DNA from: an uncultured archaeon
Lineage (GTDB): Archaea; Thermoproteota; Bathyarchaeia; Bathyarchaeales; Bathycorpusculaceae
Assembly: GCA_963782915.1 (NCBI GenBank)
Contig: CAWALK010000001.1
Location: 64,001 to 128,000 of the forward strand
DNA length: 64,000 nt
Direction: 5' to 3'
The notes beneath the pieces were generated by a model. The model was not told the DNA's origin, did not search any database, and saw nothing but the letters and a program-made list of their open reading frames with translations. The translations under genes and the position numbers were made by a program. This document shows, piece after piece, positions 51,374 to 61,832 of this stretch. Position 1 is the stretch's first letter. Each line of letters begins with the position of its first letter.

Positions 51374-53104
51374 TTAATTGTGGTAGGTTATTCGGAAAGG
51401 CTTGAGTTTTTGAAGCACAAACGTTTTGCGTGTAACAATCGTTATGGCGGCGATTGTACCTAAACTGAGCATAACCCCGCTAGGAGGCGGTGTCGCCAAA
51501 GCGTTTTGCATAAAAAAGCCGCCATAATCTGGATACACTTTTACTCCATTCTGTAAACCACTGTTTAACTGAAGGCTATAATACAATATGCCCTGTTTGA
51601 AGTTACTTGCCGACAGCGAACCACCATAAGCGTAGTTTACTGAAAAAATCCTATAGGTACTCCAATTTTCCCCTTCGTCGGTGCTAAACCATATACCCGC
51701 TAACCACTCATTTGGGTGCTCACCGCCTGTGAAACTGGCAAATAAGTCCCCGTTTAAGTCGTTTCTTCGAATCCAATACCCATAGCATTGAGTGCCCGTA
51801 TCGAGAACAAGATTGAAGTTTTCGTCGTTTGTTGTTCGATAAATTTCTCCGTTATCATGATCCGTTGCTAGAAGCCTTGCTACTGGAATGAGTTTGCCGT
51901 TGGCATCTTTAGTGGTTACTGCTTCGATTGCGAGTATTTGTGGTAGCTTTAAGATTACCTCCCAGCTGCTATTGCTTATTGCTCCGTCGGTTGCGCGAAT
52001 GACGGATGAGTGCCATTGCGGCGTTATTCGTTCGTCACCGACTGAGGCGTAGATGTAATTGTTGCTTTTGTCAACCGTGATGCAGTGGATATGGCGGGCG
52101 TCTGAATCATTATATACGTTGATCCAGTGGGCACCGCCATCGATGCTTTTGTAGATGGATGCGCCACCTGTTGCTGGACCAGTAGTGTAGACACCTGCAA
52201 ACAAGTTGCCATAGACATCTTCAGTCATCGACAAAATACAGAAATCGGGGGGCAGAGGCAGGACTCTTGCCCAAGTTAGACCTCCGTTAATACTTCGCCA
52301 AATCCCCAACGTATTTGGTGTTGCAGTGGTGTCTGGTGAAGTAAAAATGAAATTTAGCCTGTTAACATACACGCATTTTATGGTTTGATTTGGGTCTCCG
52401 CTGAAGGTTAGCAGGGGCTGCCAATTTACTCCTTGGTTGGTGCTTTTGTAGAGTGTTTGGTATGTTCCAGCGTATAATGTGCCGTCGTTTGCAATCCAAC
52501 TTGCTCCTATTGGCTGGGTAAGGGACGTTTCTTGGTAGCCAGGTGGCGGCGGAGGTAATGGCGTTGGTGGAGGTGTTGGTGTTGGAGTTGGAATCGGTGT
52601 AGGTGTTGGCGTGGGTTTTGGTGTTGGGATTGCGGTTGGTGTTGGCGGATGTGTGGGTTTTGGTGTTATTGTCGGGGTTGACTTGGTGGTGGGATTAGGA
52701 GTTGGGGATGGTGCTGGAGTAGGGACGGGTGTTGGCGTTGGCGACTGGTCAGGTGTGGGATTTGGCGTTGGCGCGGCTGTAGGAGTCGCTGTGGGGGTGA
52801 GCGTAGGGCTAGAGGTCGTGTCAGGCGTTGGAGGTTGAGTCGGTAATGGTGAAGGTTTGAGATGTGGGGTTGGTGCTGGCGTAGGCGGCGCTTTTGTGTT
52901 TTGGGGGATTTGGGTTGGAGTCGGCGCTGGCGTTGTAGATGGTGGCTCAATAGAGTTGTTGTTTCTGGAATCTTGGTCGTACAGAGCGGAAGTCTGTGTT
53001 ACAATCCAAAGAGGCACCAATATTAATGCAAGAATACTCAGAATTACTATTGCCCTTTTGATGGGTTTTTTGGCTGTGAGGGTGCAGACAAGTCTATGAT
53101 ACAA
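51374..53104 (-). CDS. Surface protein: Pro/Thr stalk plus BNR/Asp-box beta-propeller
   Basis: N-terminal TM, long PT-rich tract, Asp-boxes YKSTNQG, WRSINGG, YKSIDGG, WFSTDEG, C-terminal hydrophobic segment. Confidence 0.75.
   Translation of the reverse strand: MYHRLVCTLTAKKPIKRAIVILSILALILVPLWIVTQTSALYDQDSRNNNSIEPPSTTPAPTPTQIPQNTKAPPTPAPTPHLKPSPLPTQPPTPDTTSSPTLTPTATPTAAPTPNPTPDQSPTPTPVPTPAPSPTPNPTTKSTPTITPKPTHPPTPTAIPTPKPTPTPTPIPTPTPTPPPTPLPPPPPGYQETSLTQPIGASWIANDGTLYAGTYQTLYKSTNQGVNWQPLLTFSGDPNQTIKCVYVNRLNFIFTSPDTTATPNTLGIWRSINGGLTWARVLPLPPDFCILSMTEDVYGNLFAGVYTTGPATGGASIYKSIDGGAHWINVYNDSDARHIHCITVDKSNNYIYASVGDERITPQWHSSVIRATDGAISNSSWEVILKLPQILAIEAVTTKDANGKLIPVARLLATDHDNGEIYRTTNDENFNLVLDTGTQCYGYWIRRNDLNGDLFASFTGGEHPNEWLAGIWFSTDEGENWSTYRIFSVNYAYGGSLSASNFKQGILYYSLQLNSGLQNGVKVYPDYGGFFMQNALATPPPSGVMLSLGTIAAITIVTRKTFVLQKLKPFRITYHN
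52540..52945 (-). repeat. Low-complexity (Pro-Thr)n coding repeat
   Basis: TPTP/TPAP iterations within the CDS. Confidence 0.8.
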
Positions 53105-53345
53105 GATTATTGAGTCTTCCTAAAAGGCGGTTGATTACTATAAGGCTAGAAAGGTATGCACTTAATAGATTTTACGGCAATGAACCATCCACTAACCTAG
53201 AGCTAAAATATCTCGCAAACCCCGCAGGCTATGGCTGACCCTATTAATCTACAAAAATTAGAGTAAGCCGCGGCTTCAAACCCTCTAAATATGGTTAATG
53301 TTTAAATCGCCAATCAACCTCCTCCTAAGAAAAAGCTGATAAACA

Positions 53346-53897
53346 ATGAACTTCTGGAAAGACATCCCATCAGGCGACAACCCACCCCAACTCCTAAACA
53401 TGGTCATAGAAGTCGTAAGCGGCTCACGAGACAAATACGAATACAGCATCAAATGGGAAGCCTTCGTACTAGACAGAATCATCCCCTCCTCGGTAGTGTT
53501 CCCCGTCGAATACGGCTTTGTTCCTCAAACATGGTTCGACGACGAAGACCCCTTAGACATCATGGTCCTAAGCTATGCCCCTCTGACTGCTGGGTGTATA
53601 GTTAAAGTCCGCGTTATAGGTGCCCTAATCATCGAAGACGAAGAAGGCTTAGACGCAAAAATCCTCTCCGTGCTAGTAAACGATGCCCGATTCGAAGGCT
53701 ACCACGACATAACCGACGTACATAAGCACCGATTAGTGGAGATTCAGGAATTCTTTGAAACCTACAAACGGCTTGAACCCCACAAATGGGTAAAAGTTAG
53801 GGATTGGAAAAATGCTGCGGAAGCTGGAGAAATCGTAAGGTACGCCATGGAGCAGTACCGCGAGTTAAGCGAGAAGCCCCCTGCAAACCACAAATAA
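53346..53897 (+). CDS. ppa: Inorganic pyrophosphatase (family I)
   Basis: KYE, LDR, P..YGF.PQT..DD.DPLD, FFETYK.LE. Confidence 0.95.
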   Translation: MNFWKDIPSGDNPPQLLNMVIEVVSGSRDKYEYSIKWEAFVLDRIIPSSVVFPVEYGFVPQTWFDDEDPLDIMVLSYAPLTAGCIVKVRVIGALIIEDEEGLDAKILSVLVNDARFEGYHDITDVHKHRLVEIQEFFETYKRLEPHKWVKVRDWKNAAEAGEIVRYAMEQYRELSEKPPANHK

Positions 53898-53985
53898 TCG
53901 CTATTTCTTTAAACCCGTTTCCTAGCGATCACTCCTAAAAAACGATAAATTTTACTACATCACGTTCTAGCTTGGGACGATTTGG

Positions 53986-54150
53986 ATGGCAGAAAATAGA
54001 TATGAACATAAAGACCGTCATAAACGGGAACGCCGTGAGCAGTTTAAGTTTGATGAGGATATGCGCTTAAACGATGAAATTGATCGGCGTGAGCGTGAGC
54101 AAAGACAACGCGAAGAGCTTCGGCATCGGCATGTGTTAGTGGCTCAGTAA
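53986..54150 (+). CDS. Small highly charged (R/E/H-rich) protein, 54 aa
   Basis: Manual translation MAENRYEHKDRHKRERREQFKFDEDMRLNDEIDRREREQRQREELRHRHVLVAQ. Confidence 0.5.
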   Translation: MAENRYEHKDRHKRERREQFKFDEDMRLNDEIDRREREQRQREELRHRHVLVAQ

Positions 54151-54256
54151 ATGGGTGTTGGCTTCGTTTGAGTGGGCGGAAAAATACGTAAGATGCTAAG
54201 GGAAAGTTATTTTAAAAAAATTGAAAACGGAAAAATCCGTACGTTTAATTGTAGTA

Positions 54257-55129
54257 TTATGGCAGAACATTTGTTATAATCAATCGCCATTCTTCGCCGT
54301 AAATCCCAGCAGTAACCCAGTAAGCTTGCTTGGTTACCGTTGTACCCGCATTATCGTAGTTGTAATATTCGTAGGTGCCATACCCCGCTGCTTCAGTAAC
54401 CATATGTCTTGAGAATGTTTGCAGCGTTGACCAGGTTGAGATGGTTGGGTCAGCGAATAGGTTTGTGCCCTCTTCGGCTTTGTTTACTTCGTAGATCATT
54501 GTGCCATCCGTATCAGATGCCCATATGACATAGGAGGTTCCCGCACTTACTTCTGTGGCGGTGGCGTTGATTAGGGCACTAGCATCGAAAGCTATGCTTA
54601 CTGAACCGATCATTGCGCCGTTAGAGTTGAAGATTGGTGCCATTATTACTGAACCGTTAACTCCTTCTTCAAGTTGATAGACAGGTGACATTATGGGGTA
54701 TATTGGGTCTTTTGAAGGTGCGAAAATGTCGTAGGGCATTGTTACCTTTGAGCCTTCAAGGTTGCTGTAGGTTGCTGGTTCTACGGTGACAAAGGTGCCC
54801 TGTAGGTCTAGGGTGCTTACATCAATTATGAAGGAATAGTTCTGGGCTATTGATTTCAAGAGGTTGCGTGCTTGTTCGCCGCCTAATCCTGTGCCTGAGA
54901 TCTGTTGGGAGGCGTATATGGCGCTGTTGCCTAAGGCTTGAAGCTCAGAGTTTATTTTTACTTGGGCTTGGGTTAAAATTGAGGTCATTTCTAGTTTGGT
55001 TGTTTGTTGGGTGTTTTGGTTGGATAGGGTGCTGTTTTGGGTGGCTTGGTAGGCGTTAAATCCTATGGAGGCTACTAAGGCGATGATTAATGTGCTTACT
55101 ATTAGTGTGGATTTGTTCATTTTTACCAA
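54257..55129 (-). CDS. Membrane-anchored dCache-like extracellular sensor domain without an output domain
   Basis: Single N-terminal TM; P.MS.VY..EG...APIF...G..IG.VS; D.DG..IY...G.NL; G..Y.Y...K...W; ends at WRL. Confidence 0.65.
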   Translation of the reverse strand: MVKMNKSTLIVSTLIIALVASIGFNAYQATQNSTLSNQNTQQTTKLEMTSILTQAQVKINSELQALGNSAIYASQQISGTGLGGEQARNLLKSIAQNYSFIIDVSTLDLQGTFVTVEPATYSNLEGSKVTMPYDIFAPSKDPIYPIMSPVYQLEEGVNGSVIMAPIFNSNGAMIGSVSIAFDASALINATATEVSAGTSYVIWASDTDGTMIYEVNKAEEGTNLFADPTISTWSTLQTFSRHMVTEAAGYGTYEYYNYDNAGTTVTKQAYWVTAGIYGEEWRLIITNVLP

Positions 55130-55262
55130 CTTATCGTTTGCTGATTAATGGAAATTTGTAGCTTATAAATCAGCAATTGAAGCGGTGTTGCACGGCTTTT
55201 TCCACATTTAGCGATGTCCCAAATGGTGCAAAGATGCCTCTTTTTGGTGCATTAAAGTCACA

Positions 55263-55272
55263 AAATATATAA
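55263..55272 (+). promoter_or_regulatory. BRE/TATA box for the putative ncRNA
   Basis: AAATATATAA about 25 nt upstream of the closing stem. Confidence 0.55.
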
Positions 55273-55293
55273 TTTACCTTGCGCCATATGATA

Positions 55294-55528
55294 TTTGCAG
55301 GTCAAGGAGCAAGCTTTAGAAGCAATGCACTGAGGCACAGATGCACCCTGATTAAAACAGCGAAAAATTGGGGTGCGATAAAGACTTCGCCTCATTGGGC
55401 TGAACCGTTGCTATGTTGAAGCATCTGAGCATTGAAGTCTCGGGTTCAAAGCGGCGAAGAATCCGTTGGCGAGTAAGCATCGCTTAGGTGGGCCGTATCA
55501 ACAATAGGGCTTAGGCTTGGCCTGCAAA
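55294..55528 (+). ncRNA. Putative novel multi-helix structured RNA
   Basis: 13-bp closing stem, five internal helices, 7-bp loop-loop complementarity; G-U pairs favour the + strand; no ORF. Confidence 0.65.
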
Positions 55529-55653
55529 AAAACTGTGGAAGACAAATTGAGTAGGATAAAACCGAAAATATTCTATTCCACCTTTTTTTGATTTAACCTG
55601 TCTTTAAATCGTGTGCCTTATGGAAATTAGACTATTTACTTGTGGATTTTGCC

Positions 55654-55770
55654 CAACCTGTCTGCAACGTAAAACAGACGTAGGCACCAAAACACAAAAA
55701 ACCCCCCAAACCATTGGTTGTTGTTGTGTATAGGGGCTCTGCGCCAACAACTACTATAGAAGAAACCGCA
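55654..55770 (+). repeat. Dispersed repeat family B, copy 3
   Basis: CAACC..TGCAAC..CAGACG..CACCAAAA, then TTGGTTGTTGTTGTGTATAGGG 60 nt later, then CAACAAC. Confidence 0.75.
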
Positions 55771-55844
55771 AGCGAACATACACCTGTTTTTAAGCTAAAG
55801 GTTTAAAGGCAACGCATTAACTTATTGTGCAAAAGGTGTAAAAT

Positions 55845-56009
55845 ATGCCAACTCACGGTTCACTCTCAAAAGCTGGAAAAGTGCGCACTCAAACTCCCAA
55901 AGTTGAGGCACGTGTAAGAACTGCTCCAAGCCCAAAAAACCGAAACAGACGCAACTACGAAAAACGTACGATTCTGCAACGGAAAGCGGGCCAAAACTGG
56001 ATGACTTAA
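55845..56009 (+). CDS. rps30e: Ribosomal protein eS30 (below the ORF track cutoff)
   Basis: Manual translation MPTHGSLSKAGKVRTQTPKV...RNRRNYEKR. Confidence 0.95.
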   Translation: MPTHGSLSKAGKVRTQTPKVEARVRTAPSPKNRNRRNYEKRTILQRKAGQNWMT

Positions 56010-56191
56010 GTCCAATACTTTTCCATTCTGCATTTTAAGCAGATACATTTTGTTTTATGCTTAACCTTTTTGCATAGTGCTAACTCTAATTTCGCTTTAA
56101 TTAAAAAAGATGTTATCGCTTCACTGTACCGTTGCCGCTTGTTGTTATTGGGTCTATGGTCGACAGATTCTTTGTTTTTCTCCGTAAACAT
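56006..56191 (-). CDS. Possible small Cys-rich protein
   Basis: 61 aa with C...H..KCICLKC. Confidence 0.35.
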   Translation of the reverse strand: MFTEKNKESVDHRPNNNKRQRYSEAITSFLIKAKLELALCKKVKHKTKCICLKCRMEKYWT

Positions 56192-56264
56192 TGCCTTTTT
56201 AAAACCATTTTTGGCTAGTGCACTTTATCTATCGGTAATCTAAACTCTATTTCGGTACCCAGAT

Positions 56265-57864
56265 TTGACTAACACAGTTGCCCTGCGCGAAATCATCACA
56301 AGACTGCTTTCTATGGATTCCCCCACAGGCGACGATGTCAACAAACTAAAAATTAAGGTCTCAGCCAAATACCACCTGGAAGCGGTACCATCCAACGCTG
56401 ACTTACTTACAGTTTTAACTGATTCAGAATCAAAAAAACTTCTGCCGATCATCAGAAGAAAAAACACCCGAGCCATCAGCGGCGTAACCGTCATCGCCGT
56501 CATGACCAAACCCTACCCGTGCCCGCAACCTGAACCCTGCGCTTACTGCCCCGGAGGACCAACCACAGGTTCGCCGCAAAGCTACACAGGATTTGAACCT
56601 GCCGCGTTGCGTGGAAGCCAAAACAGCTTCGACCCCTACGAGCAAGTGCAGAGCCGCATACGTCAACTCACGGCTATTGGGCATAAGGTGGATAAGGTTG
56701 AGTTGATTGTGATGGGCGGTACTTTTCCGGCGACGCCAATGGAGTACCAGACATGGTTCATCCAGCGTTGCCTTGATGCATTAACTGGCAAAACCTCCGC
56801 TAACTTGGAGGAGGCAGAGGCGAATGCGGAAGTCAGCGAAACCCGCAACGTCGGCATCACCGTCGAAACCCGACCGGACTGGGCAAAACAACCCCATATC
56901 GACGCCATGCTGAGCTATGGGTGTAACCCGCATCGAACTTGGCGTACAAAACCCAGATGATGAAATCTACAAACGCGTCGGCAGAACCCACACCGTCGCA
57001 GACGTAGTTGAAGCAACACAAATCGCCAAAGATTCAGGGCTAAAAATTGTTTATCACATGATGCCCGGAATGCCTGGGTCCAATCCGCAAAAAGATTTTG
57101 ATGCATTCAAACGCATCTTCACCGACTCCCAATTTAAGCCGGATATGATAAAAATTTATCCGTGCCTCGCCATCGCAGGCACCAAAGCCTACCAATGGTA
57201 CCAAGAAGGCACCTTTGAACCATACACAACCGAACAAGCAGCAAATCTAATCGCTGAAATCAAAAAAACCATCCCAAAATGGGTAAGAGTCATGCGTGTA
57301 CAGCGCGATATTCCTGCACGGCTGATTTTGGCTGGGGTAACTAAGAGTGATGTGCGGGAGTTGGCGCAGAAAAAACTCAAAGACCAAGGCATGCAATGCC
57401 AATGTATCCGCTGCCGCGAAGTTGGGCACCGTTTAGCAGTTGACCACGTTGTGCCTGATTTGGAAAAAGTCAAGATTTTAACCGAGCGTTATGAAGCTTC
57501 AGAAGGGCATGAAGTTTTTATTTCCGCCGAAGACCCACAAAACAACGTACTGCTGGGTTACCTGCGCATGCGTGTCCCATCCCCAAAAGCTCACAGACCA
57601 GAAATCACCGAAGTCCCCTCAGCCATCGTGCGGGAACTCCACGTTTACGGCCCCCTCGTCCCAGTCGGCAAACACTCAGCCACCGCATGGCAGCATAAAG
57701 GATATGGCAAAGAACTCTTGGCAGAGGCAGAACGGATTGCAAGCGCCGAGTTTGGGGTCAAAAAGCTTTTAGTTATTAGTGCGTTAGGAACAAGAAGGTA
57801 CTACATGCGTCTGGGTTACGGGCGTGATGGAGTTTACGTTTCAAAGAGGCTAAACACACAATGA
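56265..57864 (+). CDS. elp3: tRNA U34 carboxymethyltransferase Elp3 (indel near 56915)
   Basis: CP..PC.YCPGG...PQSYTG.EPA, MGGTF, ETRPD, ELGVQ, RVQRDIP, RELHVYG, QH.GYG. Confidence 0.95.
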
Positions 57865-59204
57865 GCGATTTACAAGATTCAGGGTACAAGGGCAAAGCGC
57901 TAGAACTGCTACAGCAAGCGGATTGCAGCGTCGGCGACATCCTCAAAATCACAAGCAAAGGCAAGACCTACGAGGGCATCTTGATTCCACGCTTCGGCGA
58001 AGGCACCGCCATAATTATCAAAATGAAGAGCGGCTACAACATCGGCATCGAAGCCACCGCCGACGTAACTGTGGAGAAAATCGGCAAAGGCACCAAACCC
58101 ACATTCGCCGCACCGCCACTACCAAAACAGAACCCTGCATTGCCCCACGTCGTTATCATGAGTACAGGCGGAACCATCGCTAGCCGCGTGGACTACCGCA
58201 CAGGCGCAGTCCGCTCAGCCATGTCCGCAAGCGACCTCTACGGCGTCGTACCCGAACTCGCAGACATCGCCAGAGTAGACACAGAAATCGTTTTTAGCAT
58301 TTACAGCGAAAACCTAACACCACAAAACTGGACGGAACTCGCCCAAACCGTTGCCAAACGCATTGAGCAAGGCGTGGACGGCATAGTCATCGCGCATGGC
58401 ACAGACACCATGGCGTACACTTCTGCTGCACTGAGTTTTGCGTTGCAGAACCTGCCAGTTCCAGTCATACTTGTTGGTGCCCAGCGTTCTTCTGACCGAC
58501 CCAGCAGCGACGCAGCAACCAACCTCATCGGCGCAGTCAAAGCCGCAGGCGAAGCACCATTCGCCGAAGTCGGATTAGCCATGCACGAAACCGTCTCCGA
58601 CACAGCAATCGCCATCCACCACGGCACCAAAGTACGCAAATGCCACACCAGCCGCCGAGACACATTCAAATCCATCAACGGCTTCCCAATCGCCAAAGTC
58701 CAAAACCTCCAAGTCACCATGGTAGCGGATGCTTACCAGAAAAGAGACCCCAAACGCAAACTCGTTGTAAAACCGAACTTCAGCGATAAAGTAGCGCTCG
58801 TCAAATTCTATCCTGGTCTTGACCCAGCAGTAATCGACTTCTATGTCGACCGGGGCTTCAAGGGCATCCTGCTTGAAGGCTCAGGATTGGGTCATGTGAG
58901 CAAGTTCTGTTTTGACGCAGTCAAACGTGCCACAGCTAAAGGTGTGGTGGTTGCGTTGGCTTCCCAGTGCATCTGGGGACGCGTGGACATGAACGTTTAC
59001 GACACAGGCCGAGACCTGCTATCGTTTGGCGTGGTTCCGCTGGATGATATGTTCCCAGAAACTGGCTTGGTGAAACTGATGTGGGCGCTCGGACAAACAG
59101 GTGATCCCAAAGAAGCCATCACACTATTGCAAACTAACATTGCAGGCGAATACTCGCCCCGCACCCTTCCACAAGACAAAATCATAGAAGGAGGACCACA
59201 ATAA
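57861..59204 (+). CDS. gatD: Glu-tRNA(Gln) amidotransferase subunit D
   Basis: STGGTIASRVDYRTGAV, HGTDT, GAQRSSDRPSSD. Confidence 0.96.
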   Translation: MSDLQDSGYKGKALELLQQADCSVGDILKITSKGKTYEGILIPRFGEGTAIIIKMKSGYNIGIEATADVTVEKIGKGTKPTFAAPPLPKQNPALPHVVIMSTGGTIASRVDYRTGAVRSAMSASDLYGVVPELADIARVDTEIVFSIYSENLTPQNWTELAQTVAKRIEQGVDGIVIAHGTDTMAYTSAALSFALQNLPVPVILVGAQRSSDRPSSDAATNLIGAVKAAGEAPFAEVGLAMHETVSDTAIAIHHGTKVRKCHTSRRDTFKSINGFPIAKVQNLQVTMVADAYQKRDPKRKLVVKPNFSDKVALVKFYPGLDPAVIDFYVDRGFKGILLEGSGLGHVSKFCFDAVKRATAKGVVVALASQCIWGRVDMNVYDTGRDLLSFGVVPLDDMFPETGLVKLMWALGQTGDPKEAITLLQTNIAGEYSPRTLPQDKIIEGGPQ

Positions 59205-61091
59205 TGCCCATCGACTACGCAAAAGTCGGCTTAAAAGTCGGCTTAGAAATCCACCAACAACTCAACGTCGGCAGCAAACTCTTCTGCAGTTGCCCGCCTG
59301 AACTATTTAAGGAAGAACCAGAAATCACATTCCTACGCCGATTGAGACCAACCCAGAGCGAACTGGGCCAAGTAGACCCTGCAGCCTTCTTCGAATTCCA
59401 GAAAGGCGTAAAAATCCTCTACGAAGCCAGCCATAAAAGCAGCTGCCTAGTCGAAATGGACGAGGAACCCCCACACCCAATCAACCTCGACGCAGTCAAA
59501 GTCGTCTTAACCGCTTCATTAATGATGAATATGCAGCCCGTTGACGAAGTCCATGTGATGCGCAAAACCGTCATCGACGGCTCAAACACCACAGGCTTCC
59601 AACGCACCACCATCATCGCCTTGGACGGCTGGATCAAAGTCGGCGACAAAATCATTCCCATGCAAGCCTCCAGCCTCGAAGAAGACGCAGCACGCAAAAC
59701 AGGCACGCAGGATGAGGGCAAAACCATCCGTTACCGCATCGACCGCTTAGGCATTCCACTAATCGAAGTCGCCACGGCACCTGTAATCTATTCGCCGCAG
59801 GAAGCCCAAGAAGTCGCCCTTGCCATCGGCAGAATACTCCGAGACACAGGCAAAGTCATGCGTGGACTTAGGCACCATCCGCCAAGACCTTAACGTTTCC
59901 TTGCCAAACGGCGCATTAATCGAAATAAAAGGTGTACAAGCACTCGACTTAATCGCCACCGTCGTTGACTATGAAGTTCAGCGCCAACTAAACTTGATTG
60001 CTATCAAAGAGGAACTCGCCAAACGAGGCATCACACCCGACTCGCTAAAAGCAGAGTTTGTTGATGTTACAGGACTCTTCAAAGCCACAAAGAGCAAAGT
60101 AATCCGCAAAGCAGTCGACAAAAACCAAAAAGTTCTCGCTGTCAAATTCTCAGGCTTCAACGGTTTAACTGGCCGCGAATTGATGCCCAACTTCCGCTTA
60201 GGCAGCGAACTATCTGATTACGCAAAATTCTGGGGCAGAGTCGGCGGCATATTCCACACTGACGAAGTCCTCGCCAATTATGGTATCACACCTGAAGAAG
60301 TCAAAGCCCTAAGAGACGCAGTTGGCGCAGCAGAAATAGACGCAGTAGTTTTTGTCGCTGACACCGCAGAGAATACCTATGACGCACTCAAGGCAGTTGT
60401 TGACCGCGCACAAGTAGCCTGCAATTGCATCCCGCAGGAAACCCGAACAGCAAAAGACGACGGCACCTCCCGCTACATGCGTCCACGACCAGGCGCAGCA
60501 AGAATGTACCCCGAAACCGACATTCCACCCCAACCAATAACCAACGAATTAGTCACGTTGGTCAGGGAAAATTTGCCTGAGTCAGCCGACAAAAAAACCG
60601 CACGCCTAATCAAACAATACGGCTTAAACGACAAATTAGCCAAGCAACTCTTAGACTCCGAATACCTCGAAGCCTTTGAAGAAGCAGCCCAAAAAAGCGG
60701 CACAGCAGCCTCCACAGTAGCGGCGTTTCTAACTGAAACCGTGAAATCACTAAAACGTGACGGTATCCAAACCGAAAACGTCTCAGATGACCAAATCCGT
60801 GGCATATTTGCAGCGGTCGGTTCAGGGGAACTTGCCAAAGAAGCTATCGCAGACGTGTTTAGTTGGCTAGCCAAGAACGAGGGCAAAACAGTGCAGGACG
60901 CAGTTACTGCTTTAGGGCTTAAAATGTTCACCGAAGCAGATTTGGCGCCAGTGATTGATCGCATCATCGCCGCCAACAAAGCCCAAATCGAAAAATTGGG
61001 CAAGAACGCGTTTGGTATGCTCATGGGCGCCGCCATGAAGGAAGTACGAGGCAAAGCCAACCCTGAACTCGTCGGCAAACTGCTTGCGTGA
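59204..61091 (+). CDS. gatE: Glu-tRNA(Gln) amidotransferase subunit E (indel near 59870, possibly another at the 3' end)
   Basis: GLEIHQQL, DEEPPH, IDGSNT.GFQRT, DRLGIPLIE, RPRPGAARMYPETD. Confidence 0.95.
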
Positions 61092-61186
61092 ACGGTTCAA
61101 GTAGCCACCAAATCTCCTTTCTTTTATTTGTTTTACTGCTAAGTGTTAAATACCTAAAAATTGAAACAGAATTTTGGTACCCGAAT

Positions 61187-61762
61187 TTGAAAACAGTCTT
61201 AAAAGCATTCGTCACAGCAATGATCCTCTTAGCGGCGTTTTTCGGAACCTATTATGCCACTGTCAACTTATATCATGTCGAGTTGGTTAACGTTCACTCT
61301 TTCCCAACGAGCCATATGCCTATTAACTCTGCAAGTGCATCGGACATGTGGTTTTCTCAGATGCTTTCGTTAGGACCTGCTGCGGGTTCGGTTAATGTTT
61401 CGCGAGATACAGTGTTGGTGATTAATGAGCCCAGACCTGTTAGAGTGGAAAACATCACATTCACCCCTCAGGTTGAGATAGCAGAGCGATTGGATGAACA
61501 TTTTCCAGTGGCATCTGCTAAAATCACTGTTTTCCCAGCGGGGTTACTGAAGCCTAACACAACTTACAATGTGACTGCAACGATTGGGGATAATCTGGTG
61601 TGGTGGAGTTTCACGACTGGAACAGAACCCCAACAACAACCGATCACAGCCAACACATCTATGCAAACCGCTATCTGGTACGCTTTTGGGGCTGCGGCTC
61701 TCATAACTCTATTGACGGCAGCATGCATAGTTCTGTTTCTTCGCAAACGCAAGCATGTCTAA
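61187..61762 (+). CDS. Membrane-anchored Ig-like (SbsA/Big_5-like) domain protein
   Basis: N- and C-terminal TM; P..GS.NV.RD, LKPNTTY.VT, WSFTT. Confidence 0.65.
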   Translation: MKTVLKAFVTAMILLAAFFGTYYATVNLYHVELVNVHSFPTSHMPINSASASDMWFSQMLSLGPAAGSVNVSRDTVLVINEPRPVRVENITFTPQVEIAERLDEHFPVASAKITVFPAGLLKPNTTYNVTATIGDNLVWWSFTTGTEPQQQPITANTSMQTAIWYAFGAAALITLLTAACIVLFLRKRKHV

Positions 61763-61832
61763 TTGTTTGCTGTAAAGTTGTCACAAATCCTAAAAAGCCA
61801 AGCAGTCCATATAGCCCTTTGAGGCACAGTCA

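Noticed and set aside
52540-52945. Repetitive GTTGG tract as a CRISPR array or tandem DNA repeat
   Set aside because: It is the Pro/Thr coding stalk; there is no constant repeat-spacer structure and no cas genes
53228-53276. Imperfect hairpin between the propeller gene and ppa
   Set aside because: Several mismatches; could easily arise by chance
55294-55528. RNase P RNA, SRP RNA, tRNA or a riboswitch for rps30e
   Set aside because: It lacks the GAGGAAAGUCC/ACAGAA, SRP helix-8 and T-loop motifs; a T-run, a repeat copy and a separate TATA (TTTAAA near 55802) separate it from rps30e
3051-55770. Repeat families as integron attC sites or CRISPR repeats
   Set aside because: No RYYYAAC/GTTRRRY boundaries, no consistent orientation after cassette genes, no integrase, and the copies are not arrayed
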